NCBI GenBank assembly: GCA_963716985.1 | Contig: OY970323.1 | Coordinates: 1,568,001-1,632,000, forward strand | Reading direction: 5' to 3' | DNA length: 64,000 bases | Source of the DNA: an uncultured bacterium | Lineage (GTDB): Bacteria; Chlamydiota; Chlamydiia; Chlamydiales; SM23-39 | Part shown: positions 30,458-40,025 of the stretch, one piece after another | How the letters are laid out: each line of letters starts with the position of its first letter | Numbering within the stretch: position 1 is the first letter of the stretch | Notes under the pieces: model-generated | What the model saw: only the letters and a program-made list of their open reading frames with translations | The model's database searches: none | What the model was told of the DNA's origin: nothing | Translations under genes and position numbers: made by a program

Positions 30458-30772
30458 TTAGCGATGCCCGCCATGCCCGCCATGCCCTCCATGGCCGCTA
30501 CCGCCATGGCCATCCCCGCCATGCTCGCCTCGATGTTCTCTCCGATGCTCTCCCCGATGGCCTCTGAGATGGTCTCTGTAATGGCGGCGATGCCAATCGT
30601 GAAACTCATCTTCATCCTCGATCCAAATTCCTCCGTACCATCCCGGACCTATCCAAATTACCTCATCATCATCCTCTTCATAAACGTATTCCGGCCGGCC
30701 TCCTGCTGAAAGGCTCGAAAAAGGAGCCGTAGAGGTAATGATAAATGCCATAAAAAACAAAAACTTCTTCAT
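30458..30772 (-). CDS. Small secreted acidic then His/Gly-rich protein
   Basis: Signal peptide MKKFLFFMAFII...SLSA; EEDDDE, GPGWYGG; HRGE and GGH repeats. Confidence 0.7.
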   Translation of the reverse strand: MKKFLFFMAFIITSTAPFSSLSAGGRPEYVYEEDDDEVIWIGPGWYGGIWIEDEDEFHDWHRRHYRDHLRGHRGEHRREHRGEHGGDGHGGSGHGGHGGHGGHR

Positions 30773-31049
30773 AAACACCTTTTTTTTAATAACATTGTAT
30801 ATTTTTTAATTAGCATTTGCTCGAATTTGTTTTCATTAACTTTCTTAATCATTTGTGAGTTGTGAAAAAAAAGACCGGAAATCATCTCATTATTTATTCA
30901 CAACTTGAGATTGCAAGAAGAGTGCGATTAAAAAAACAGCAATTAGACTTAATTTTTTTGCTATGGGCGCAAAATCCCGTTGGATTTTACGCAAGCAATT
31001 TAAAATCATACGGTTAAGCTAAGTTGCAGATCCTGGTTGTAACATTTTT

Positions 31050-31970
31050 ATGTCGCAAAAAGAAAAATTGGAAATCCTAAAAACCTCGTTGAACAAACAT
31101 CGGGTTGTGACCATTGAGCAAATCTGCAAGATTCTGGGGGTTAAATCGCGCATGAGCGCGCACCGCTATTTACAGCAGATAGACTATTTGACAAGCTATT
31201 CACATGGAGGCAAGTACTACACCCTGCGAAAAACGGCAGAATTCGATCAATTCGGCTTGTGGTATTCCGGAGATATTGGATTTTCCACACATGGCACTCT
31301 GCTTGAAACCATTGTTCATTTAGTTGCTGACTCAGAAAAAGGGAAAACCACCGAGGAACTAACTCGCCAGTGTAGATTGCGGGTGCAAAACGCCTTGCTC
31401 CAACTGGTGAAAGAAAAAAAACTCTCTCGAGAAAAAACAGGTAACATCTATCGTTACCTCGGTGAACATGATCTGCACAAAAAACGACGGCAGAAAAAGC
31501 ATACTACTGACTCGGCACAGGATTCTCTTTCAGAGTGGATCGTGATTGATGTGTTAGTGGAGATCATTAGAAAATCGAAAGAAATCATTCATCCCACAGA
31601 GATCGCTGCCAGCTTACAAAAAAGAGGGTCATCAATTTCCCTGCATCAAGTACAGCAAGTGTTTCAGCTCCATTCATTGGAAAAAAAACACCGGATTTCG
31701 CGCTCTAACATTACTGATCACCTTGCGCAGTCGGGTGATTACGCAAATCAGCTCATTGAATCTTTTTCCTATCAGTCCAACAATTCGGGCGGAGTCGGAA
31801 CAAACAGACTGCTGTGGCGAGCTACTCCTCACGCAAAAAACAGAAGGACGAAGTATCATCACGCTGAGCATTGGCAAAATCCATATTCACGAAACGATAA
31901 AACAATGCAGAATCTGCAAAAAAATCTACGCCTCCGAACAACCAAGTCAATTGGCGCCTCAATGCTGTAA
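31050..31970 (+). CDS. IS accessory ORF1 (HTH-like); likely real only to about 31690
   Basis: YLTSYSHGGKYYTL and LEKK at the A8 run; the downstream read-through looks non-native. Confidence 0.6.
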   Translation: MSQKEKLEILKTSLNKHRVVTIEQICKILGVKSRMSAHRYLQQIDYLTSYSHGGKYYTLRKTAEFDQFGLWYSGDIGFSTHGTLLETIVHLVADSEKGKTTEELTRQCRLRVQNALLQLVKEKKLSREKTGNIYRYLGEHDLHKKRRQKKHTTDSAQDSLSEWIVIDVLVEIIRKSKEIIHPTEIAASLQKRGSSISLHQVQQVFQLHSLEKKHRISRSNITDHLAQSGDYANQLIESFSYQSNNSGGVGTNRLLWRATPHAKNRRTKYHHAEHWQNPYSRNDKTMQNLQKNLRLRTTKSIGASML

Positions 31971-32690
31971 TTTTGGCTTCGACATAATAGTGTACGCAGG
32001 TAGAGCTGTATTTCAAAGCCATCGAACTGAGAATGAGGTTGCGATGGAACTATGGAGCAAAAAGTGAAGTACTTCGAGCGGCTTCGAAAGATTCTGCGCA
32101 TTGCTGAGCCGGGAGGTTCAGATGGGCTCAATGACGATGCTTTGACTTGCGACATGGGAGTCATGGAAGCGGAAGTCAAAAAGTTCATCAATTCTCAGGA
32201 GATACAACAGAAATGCCTAGCTGATCAGGACTGCAGAAAAATGGTGCAACAAATCAAAAAGTACTGGGACAAGCTCTTCACAAAACCAATCGCTGTAACG
32301 ACGAAGGCAGGACAGACAATAACGATCCAACCACAGCGAACAAATAATTTGATGGAGAGATTCTTCCGTGAGATTAATCGCGGTTCCAGGAAGCGCACAG
32401 GCGGGAAAACTTTGGGGCATGTATTGACCACCATGCTCGCCGATACGCCGCTGATAAAAAACCTTCAGAACAAGAAGTATGAAAAGATCATCTTGGGTGG
32501 CTGCGATACTCTTGCGGAACGATTTGCTCAAATTGAAGCCAAGCAAGTCAGGAAAAAGCTGAGACATGCAGAACAAAGGGAGGGCAAATTGCACCCGATT
32601 GTCAAGCGTCTTATCAAGATGCCAAAACTACCCGATCACTTGATCGGAATCCCAGTCCATCAACAATTTAATCAAGCAGCTTGCTGCTGA
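31681..32690 (+). pseudogene. Transposase with large internal deletion (junction near 32055)
   Basis: An N-terminal Cys-rich fragment (CCG...CRIC) in one frame abuts the C-terminal fragment in another; the catalytic middle is missing. Confidence 0.7.
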
Positions 32691-32822
32691 ACGTCAAGCG
32701 ACTTGAGCAAGCACAGAAACGGGATGCCAAATGCTGAAATCCAACGGGATTTTGCGCCCATAGTTTTTTTGACTTAAATATTTAACTGCAGCAATATATC
32801 TTTATTATAATTAAGAATCCGC

Positions 32823-33629
32823 ATGGAGATTTACATGTGCGCTCTATCTATAGATTCTATTCCGGAAACGGTTCTGCAGGATATTTTTTTGATGTTGCCA
32901 AAAGATCACGCGGCCATTGCATGCGTTTGCAAATTATGGAATCAACTTCAGAAGAAAAACGTTGATTTTTTTGCACGTACATATCAACTAAATCGAGAAA
33001 TTCAACCCTATCTTTCGAGCAGAGTTTTGCCAACCACCGATCCTCAATGCACTGAAATTGTAAAGAACACCATTCAGCGAATCAGAGAATTCCATGGAAG
33101 AGATCATTTTCCCCCCTATCCAGTCGATGCAGGTTCTTTAGGACAAGCGATTCGGCAAACCGTGGATACTAATTTAATCGTTTTTTTTAATGAATTGAGA
33201 CACAGCATTCCCATTCCGGCTCTTCCACCCGATTCCACGGTTGCCGAGAAAGCAGCGTTCATTAGAGAGTGGATGAAAGATAACCAGGAACTGCTGAACC
33301 AGGTTCGTGATCTTCATTTGGACTACTGCGATCTGAACGAACTACCCCGCGAAATAGACCTGCTTGTGCATTTGCAATTTCTTACACTCGATGTCAAACA
33401 ACTCCCTGCGCTCCCCTCAATAATCCCCAATTTTGTAGATTTGCACTCGATTTATATCTTCGGCGATCAATACTCTGTGGAAGCTCGATATATCATAGAC
33501 AATTTTGAACTTTTTTATCCAAGAAGAGAAGGAAGAAGAAGATGCCTGGTCGGCGTAAGCCCGAATTACTATCCCAAGACGCGCTTCGAATTAAATGTTG
33601 GCAAACCTGTGATTTGCAAGATTCAATAG
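32823..33629 (+). CDS. F-box / leucine-rich-repeat protein (putative effector)
   Basis: F-box IPETVLQDIF..LP....IACVCKLWNQL; LRR VRDLHLDYCDLNELPREIDLLVHLQFLTLD. Confidence 0.75.
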   Translation: MEIYMCALSIDSIPETVLQDIFLMLPKDHAAIACVCKLWNQLQKKNVDFFARTYQLNREIQPYLSSRVLPTTDPQCTEIVKNTIQRIREFHGRDHFPPYPVDAGSLGQAIRQTVDTNLIVFFNELRHSIPIPALPPDSTVAEKAAFIREWMKDNQELLNQVRDLHLDYCDLNELPREIDLLVHLQFLTLDVKQLPALPSIIPNFVDLHSIYIFGDQYSVEARYIIDNFELFYPRREGRRRCLVGVSPNYYPKTRFELNVGKPVICKIQ

Positions 33630-33842
33630 AACCGGATCCTTGGATTCTTTTCATTCCATTCCTCGTGAAATTTGTCATGAGTGATTGCTATTCCATCAAA
33701 GTCTTTAAAATTCAGAGACTTGCTGATTTTTAGCAGCGACACGTTAATAATATTTTAAAATTATAACATAATTGCTATTAATTTCATTTTTATGATATTA
33801 TTGTTTTAATAAAATTAAAATTCACAAACTAATAAGGAATAG

Positions 33843-35117
33843 ATGAATAAATTAATTTTAAAATTATTGACAATGTCCGCATTGATCCTTTCGGCTTTCG
33901 CTTTTCATCCCCCCATGACTCAAAATTCTCTAAAGACCGCAAGCTGCCAAGAAGAAGCCAAGAAAAAAGCCCCTTCGGAAGCTCTTCTTTCGTCAATGAA
34001 ACAAGACCCTGTTCGTCCGGAAAAGAAGGAGGAAGTCTCTAGAGCAGAATCGGACACGGACAATGGCGCAATGGTTCTCAATATGAGAAAATTTCTGAAA
34101 GAAAAGTTCGGATGGGACGTTGCGGCAGAAAATATTCATCGCATGAAAGGCGGCCATAGCGGAAACGAAATCTACCAAATCGTCGATGCAAAGCAGAAGC
34201 CAATCCTCCTCATCAAGGCAATTGCGCAAGGCAGCGGCACTTTTTCCAAAGAGTTTTTTGCCATGGAGCATTTTCATCAACTAAAGCTCAAAAACTTGAA
34301 ATTCTCCGAAGCAATGGGCATTGGCGGCAGCCAAACGGAAAATAACAAAACGTTTTTTCTGGCCATGAAATTTATCGATGGATCTTCGATCGACAAGATG
34401 CTTGCCGAGCTTGCCCATCAACCGAAGGGAGGCCAAGCGCGAGAGGAGCAGTTGAGAAAACTCATACACGTATTTTCGAAACTCGGAGCCGGATTGGCCG
34501 AATTTCATCTAGCCGCTCAAACCGACCCTTTGCCGATCCACCCTTTCTATTTAAATCATTATGAATGGTCGAGCCGGGAAGTGTTCAAACAACTCGAAAA
34601 TCAAGTGGATGATCTCTTCTTAAAAAACTTGAAAGAATTCTTTGCCACGCGTTTTGCTTTTGTAGCCAAAAAGCTATTTGCACGCGGATACATGCATGGC
34701 GATTCGCATCCCGGAAATTACATGTATCAAGAGAGCTGCGATCAGGTCTGGATGATTGATGTAGTCGACGGGGCCTCTTCCATTGGCAAAAACGGGAGCC
34801 CCTTAGGAATGCCCTTTTACGACCTTGCGAGAATGCAAAACTCTCTTGAGCGGTGGAAAATCATCCACGGCCTTACGGAAGAAGAATGCTCCCGGATCAC
34901 ATCCGCATTTCTCGACGCCTATGCCAAAGAGGGAGGAACTCTGCCATCTCATGAAACAATGGAGTTCTTCCTCCTCGTCGATCGATTCCGAGCTCTGGAA
35001 GAACAAAAGTTAGAAAAAGAGAAAAACCCAAAGAAGGGCGATAAAATTTTTCAAGCAACGCTGGCACAATTAAAGCAGATGGTCCAGATTGCCAATCCAT
35101 CTTCGCAATTGTGCTAA
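33843..35117 (+). CDS. Aminoglycoside-phosphotransferase/choline-kinase-like protein with signal peptide
   Basis: GGHSGNEIY, LLIK, LAEFH, HGDSHPGNY, MIDV and YDLA motifs; N-terminal MNKLILKLLTMSALILSAFA. Confidence 0.75.
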   Translation: MNKLILKLLTMSALILSAFAFHPPMTQNSLKTASCQEEAKKKAPSEALLSSMKQDPVRPEKKEEVSRAESDTDNGAMVLNMRKFLKEKFGWDVAAENIHRMKGGHSGNEIYQIVDAKQKPILLIKAIAQGSGTFSKEFFAMEHFHQLKLKNLKFSEAMGIGGSQTENNKTFFLAMKFIDGSSIDKMLAELAHQPKGGQAREEQLRKLIHVFSKLGAGLAEFHLAAQTDPLPIHPFYLNHYEWSSREVFKQLENQVDDLFLKNLKEFFATRFAFVAKKLFARGYMHGDSHPGNYMYQESCDQVWMIDVVDGASSIGKNGSPLGMPFYDLARMQNSLERWKIIHGLTEEECSRITSAFLDAYAKEGGTLPSHETMEFFLLVDRFRALEEQKLEKEKNPKKGDKIFQATLAQLKQMVQIANPSSQLC

Positions 35118-35128
35118 TCTATTGGGCT

Positions 35129-35252
35129 GGCCTTGTTCACTTCGAGAGGGAAAACTTTCGATCAGTGGATGACACAAGTCAGCAAAGTCGCCCTCATCAT
35201 TGAAAAACAAAGTCAGTTGCATTAACAACTGACCGAAGAAGTGAACATGGCC
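35129..35252. repeat. 124-bp segment bounded by 15-bp IRs (MITE-like)
   Basis: GGCCTTGTTCACTTC ... GAAGTGAACATGGCC, 14/15 match; no clear TSD. Confidence 0.5.
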
Positions 35253-35261
35253 CTTTAGCTA

Positions 35262-35343
35262 GTACCCGACCAAAAAAGTCTTGAGGAGTGAAATCGGGTT
35301 TACGCTATCGCACTGTTGGTTTGTTTTGCCACCATCTCCAAGA
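35262..35343 (-). mobile_element. Solo end of the IS630 element found at 38867
   Basis: About 80 bp near-identical to 38867-38948, same orientation, also preceded by TAGCTA. Confidence 0.85.
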
Positions 35344-35791
35344 GGCGAGATCTTTCAAAAAACACTTCCAATGAGCACTATTTTCTCATTGAGGATGTTC
35401 AAATCTCGAAGAACTTAGAGAAGTCCACAATATCGTTGAATTCCTCGCTTTCTTTTATACCCTGATTGATTCCATTGATATGGATGAGAACGGGTCTAAT
35501 TGAGAATCCCTTCGGAACGGAAAGGCTCTCAATCTTTTTCTTCATTTCTTCAATAACGGAGCTCTTAATTTCCGAGGCGCTAAATTTTATTTCGCATACA
35601 TAGAGTGCATTGTGTTTGGTCTGAATCATCAGATCGATTTGGCAGCCCTTCCGGCGCTGTGTAGCTCTTTGGAAGAACGGGCCCGCGTTGGCAATTTCTA
35701 GCAGATCTATGCGAAGTATTTTGCATAGGCTTTTTAAATTGTTTACGACCAGGTTTTCAAACTGTAGCCCCATTACGGATTCCCAGGCTGG

Positions 35792-37546
35792 GCAAGTGCT
35801 CAAAAAGTTGAGGTAAATACCTCATTCTTAGATCCTAAAAAAATATAAATCTTTTCTTTAATCGTTCGTCATCGTAAATTTACTTGCTTATGCAGAATAA
35901 CAATGACCTCATTCAACGAATTTTAGAGCAAAATACCCAGCTCGCTGAAGAAGATCGACGCCTAAGAGATCGCCTCGACATTGCTTTGAACACCATTTCA
36001 TTTCAGCACGAAGAAATCCAACGACTAAAAGATGAGATTGCAATTCTCAAGGGACAAAAGCCCCGTCCAAAGATTCCTCCCAGCACTTTAGAGGGGCAAC
36101 AAAGCAAAGATAAGCAAAACGACAAAAATAAACTCTCCAGGGGGATGCATCCTCGACGTAAAAAAACCAAAAAACTTGAGATACATACCAGAAGTCGCAT
36201 TAAGCCCGAATCAGTTCCCGAAGGAGCTACCTTCAAAGGATGTCAGAAATTTACCGTACAGGACATCATTCTTCAGCCTTACAATACCATATACGAACTC
36301 GAGCGATGGCAATTGCCTGATGGCACTTACTTAACAGGTAAATTGCCGCAAAATATCCAGGGACATTATGGCCCTCAATTGATCAGCTACGTTTTGCACC
36401 AATATTATGGCTGTCGTATTACAGAACCTCTGCTGTTTGCACAGTTGAAAGAAATTGGCGTATTGATCTCCGAAGGACAGTTGAGCAATATTTTGATCCA
36501 AGGAAAGGAAGCCTTCCATCAGGAAAAGAACGAGCTATTGTCCGCGGGGATAGCAGCTACAGGACAAGTAAAAGTAGACGACACCGGCGCTCGCCACCGA
36601 GGGCATAATGGCTACTCGACGATCATAGGGAACGAATATTTTACCTACATTGTGTCGACAGAAAGCAAAAGTCGCATAAATTTTCTCAAGATATTGCATG
36701 GGACGGCTCCTCGATATCTTATCAATGAAGACACTGCAGACTACATTGAGACCCTAAAACCCTCGAGTTGGTTAGGAGGATACCTCCTTTTGCAGGCCCG
36801 ATATCGATCCATGAATCAAATAGAATGGGAGAAATTTTTACTCGCAATAAACATCAAGTCAGAAAGCGACATAAAACTTGTAACCGAGGCCGCCCTATTC
36901 GCGAGCCTGATAGAAAATGGCATACCAAGAGATCTTGGAGTGCATGGAGATGATGCAGGGCAATTCAATGTCTTCGTTCGATCTTTATGTTGGATCCATG
37001 AGGAGAGGCATTATCGAAAACTCATTCCCTTTGACGAAGCAACACGCAAAGCAATCGAGCAAGTCCGGGGAGAAATTTGGGATTTATACAAGGGGCTGCA
37101 GGAATACAAACTCGCGCCCTCTGAAAGCCTAAAATTGATTCTCGAGCAGAATTTTGACAATTTATTCTCAAAAAAGAAAACCATCAGTCCCACCCTAAAC
37201 AAACAGCTGGCAAAAACTTATGAAAAAAAGGACGAATTGCTCAGGGTATTAGAGAAACCAGACACCCCCCTTCACAATAATGGAACCGAAACCGATGCTC
37301 GAGAGATGGTGGTTAAGCGGAAAGTATCCGGAGGGACTCGTAGTGAAGAAGGTCAAAAATGTCGAGATACTTTTGTAAGCCTAAAAAAGACTTGCTGTAA
37401 GCTTGGAATCACTTTTTTCGGATATCTTGAAGACAGAATCAACGGGTTGTGTAAAATTCCCAGGTTGTCGCAAGTAATCGTGTCGCGAGCTCCCTCGCGG
37501 CTCAAAGAAACTTAAAGTTTTTTACCTCAGTTTTATGAGCACTTGC
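35792..37546 (+). mobile_element. IS66-family element, single-ORF type (1755 bp)
   Basis: IRs GCAAGTGCTCA.AAA.TGAGGTAAA; 8-bp TSD CAGGCTGG (35784-35791, 37547-37554). Confidence 0.92.
35890..37515 (+). CDS. IS66-family transposase
   Basis: N-terminal leucine zipper; DDTGAR, DDAGQF, CWIHEER, HNNGTE and KRKVSGG motifs. Confidence 0.9.
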   Translation: MQNNNDLIQRILEQNTQLAEEDRRLRDRLDIALNTISFQHEEIQRLKDEIAILKGQKPRPKIPPSTLEGQQSKDKQNDKNKLSRGMHPRRKKTKKLEIHTRSRIKPESVPEGATFKGCQKFTVQDIILQPYNTIYELERWQLPDGTYLTGKLPQNIQGHYGPQLISYVLHQYYGCRITEPLLFAQLKEIGVLISEGQLSNILIQGKEAFHQEKNELLSAGIAATGQVKVDDTGARHRGHNGYSTIIGNEYFTYIVSTESKSRINFLKILHGTAPRYLINEDTADYIETLKPSSWLGGYLLLQARYRSMNQIEWEKFLLAINIKSESDIKLVTEAALFASLIENGIPRDLGVHGDDAGQFNVFVRSLCWIHEERHYRKLIPFDEATRKAIEQVRGEIWDLYKGLQEYKLAPSESLKLILEQNFDNLFSKKKTISPTLNKQLAKTYEKKDELLRVLEKPDTPLHNNGTETDAREMVVKRKVSGGTRSEEGQKCRDTFVSLKKTCCKLGITFFGYLEDRINGLCKIPRLSQVIVSRAPSRLKET

Positions 37547-38591
37547 CAGGCTGGCATATACATGAAAGACTTAGACTCAAACAGATCCTTGGCGATTCTG
37601 TCCCTGTTCGGCTCTATATATCGCAAATAGAACCTGAGGTAGTTGTCTTTTAACCTGAACTTCTTGAGACGAGACGCTTCCTTAGTCGAGAGAGTCCAAG
37701 TGCAATCCTCTTGAACAAATCCTGCGAGCGCAAGGTCATTTAAGCATCTAGAAACGGAGCCGCTTTTTTTCAGATCTAATTTTTCGCAGACATCATCTAG
37801 AGTTAGAGGAGCATGTGCCAATGCTTGTACGATGTTTCTATATGTTTGAGCTCTCTTGGAGAATAAATCTGAAAAAATTTGATCGAATTCACGGAATAGT
37901 AACCCATTTGATTGAAAACAGAGTCTATGAATGTTGTCTTCAGCTGATTGAGTTGAAATAACTTCCTCTAAATATTTAGGAATCCCTCCGGTAACTGATA
38001 GCATCTTAAATTTTTCATAAGCGCTAACTTTGTTTTTTTGAGCCCCCCAAAATTCTCCACCTTCTGCTATAGAAAGCTCTTCTAATACAATATCAATTGA
38101 AATTCTCCCGACAAATCCTGTGCTTTTTAGAATGTTTTCTTCAATCCAGCTAGATACTGAGCCGCATAAGATGAGAATGAGGTTCGGATTTTCCGAAAAG
38201 TGATAATCCCAAGCTGCCTTGAGATGGCCTAAGAAATCAGGATCTGATGACCCCATCCAAGAAATTTCATCAAAGACAATAACAATCTTTTGCTCTTTGG
38301 CTTGCTTTCCTAAAAAAGCGAAGTACTCAATCCACTCGGAAGCCTGTATTTTAGGCATGCTTAGGTTCTGTGCAATTTGAGTTGAGAATGTATCTAACTG
38401 CCGTTGCTTTGTAGTGCCAGGAATTGGAGGAATTCCCGTAAAGACCCAGTTCTTTTTTTCTGAAACAAACTCTTTTATTAGTCTACTCTTTCCGATTCGT
38501 CTTCTTCCTCTGATTACGACCAAACTAGACGACTTTTTTTTAAGAAGCAGTTCTAGAGATTCAAGTTCTTTCTTGCGACCGATGAATTTCA

Positions 38592-38661
38592 TGTCAATCT
38601 TGTGAGGTGAAATTAAGAGTCCATATTACCTCATAAGATCGACAAATGTCAATCTTGTGAG
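38592..38661. promoter_or_regulatory. Three 15-bp boxes (TGTCAATCTTGTGAG) at the ATPase gene start
   Basis: Copies at 38592-38606 and 38647-38661 (direct), and an inverted variant at 38630-38644. Confidence 0.7.
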
Positions 38662-38866
38662 ATTCCTTGCGTATCGATTTCATAGAGGATCTGACGTCTG
38701 TAGTGAAATTTTTTGAAAATGCGCGGCTCTGCGACTGCCTACGTTTTCTTAAATCTTAGCTCCTTTTCCAAGCAAGAATTCTATAGCTTTTCGTCTTTCG
38801 AGAGATAAAGCATATTTTAAGGGAGCAGAACCTTCTGATCCTAATTTCCCGAGGGTTTTGTAGCTA

Positions 38867-39418
38867 GTACCCGACCCAAAAAGTCCTGAGGAGTGAAATC
38901 GGGTTTACGCTACCGCACTGTTGGTTTGTTTTGCCGCCGTCTCCAAAAGCTTGGGATACAGGTGACCCATCTTTTTGCGTGCATCTTCAATAGCAAACAT
39001 CCAATCCACCTTAGCTCTTCTCAAATTTCTTTGTTGTTCCCATGCCAGTACTTCGTTCTTGAGTACTTCCATTGTGGAAAGATAGCGATTATTCAAACAT
39101 TCAAATTTTTTTGGGCGGCCAGCACGAGAAAAATCATCCAGTGCATATCCCAAATTCCCTTCGACAAAGCGTCGTCGAGTGCGCTCGATGGTGGCATGTC
39201 CTACACAAAGGCCATTTGAAATTTTGTCATCAGAAAAACATTTGTCGGCTTGAAGCAAAATGTTGGCTTTTCTAATTTTTCTGGAGGCTCGCTTTCCTGA
39301 AGAACATAGATTGTACAGCTCAAGCCTCTCTTCATTCGTCAATTTTACAATGTATTTTTTCACGCTATGCGCACACTCAATTATTTGCGCGCTCCTCAAG
39401 ACTTTTTGGGTCGGGTAC
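38867..39418 (-). mobile_element. Internally deleted IS630-family element (552 bp)
   Basis: IRs GTACCCGACCCAAAAAGTC.TGAGGAG flanked by TA within CTAG. The ORF joins the HTH N-terminus (YIVKLTNEER, TIERTRRRF) to the C-terminus (VDWMF...ARKKMGHLYP). Confidence 0.9.
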
Positions 39419-39659
39419 TAGTAACAGGCAAATAGAAAATCCCCTCTCGGGACAAAGCCCTGCTTTCCATTCCGAACAATCCTCTCCCAAGCTGGGGTGT
39501 GACAAACAATCAGAAGACGTCCAACAATGGCCCAAGAGAGCCGTAGTACTACCCCCCTATTTTTTGTCCAACTTTACTACACAAACCTTTCAATAAAATC
39601 TTGACTTCACAACAACAAAACCGTCACAATGTTTAGTCATTTTTCCCGATAGGATAAAA

Positions 39660-40025
39660 ATGAAGAAAGAACGGCCTGGTGAATTGCACCAGAAAATCAA
39701 GCGGCTACGAACATCCAGAGATGCGCTGAAGCATCACAATTATGAAAAAACCCAGCAGAACAAAAAACTTCGCGACAGGAATGTAGAGATTGCTGAAAGT
39801 CGCGATCATTGGAAAGATCGTAATAAAGAGCTTGACCAGCAAAAGGAAGGCCTGGAGCAACAAATACAAGTTGCGCAGGAGAGATTACTGGAGGCTCAAG
39901 AGAAGATACAGACTGCAAAGAAAGAGATAGAGCGCGAGCGAATACGAGCTGATGAGGAACGCAGGCGCGCAGATCAACTCCAAACTGAAATTGAAGCAGC
40001 TCGAAAAAAAAAACAGGGGTCTTGA
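39660..40025 (+). CDS. IS coiled-coil ORF A
   Basis: Highly charged heptad-like helix; ends just after the A10 run. Confidence 0.7.
   Translation: MKKERPGELHQKIKRLRTSRDALKHHNYEKTQQNKKLRDRNVEIAESRDHWKDRNKELDQQKEGLEQQIQVAQERLLEAQEKIQTAKKEIERERIRADEERRRADQLQTEIEAARKKKQGS

Larger units (their letters stand above)
30961..32763 (+). mobile_element. Internally deleted, poorly classified IS (1803 bp)
   Basis: Long IRs CTATGGGCGCAAAATCCCGTTGGATTT and 8-bp TSD TTTTTTTG (30953-30960, 32764-32771). Contains ORF1 plus N- and C-terminal transposase fragments (QRTNNLMERFFR). Confidence 0.85.
35399..38592 (-). pseudogene. AAA ATPase-wHTH-PD-(D/E)xK nuclease (ATPase/DUF234 type), interrupted by IS66
   Basis: FIGRKKEL, GRRRIGKS, FDEISW, DNYLRFY | GLQFE, QIDL and CEIK motifs. 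Removing the IS restores ...YMPAWES... in frame. Confidence 0.88.

Noticed and set aside
33745..33790. Possible dif/Xer site (TTATGTTA on the minus strand), of interest because some IS1202 elements target Xer sites
   Set aside because: The XerC arm does not match, the region is simply AT-rich, and it is not adjacent to the IS1202-like ends.
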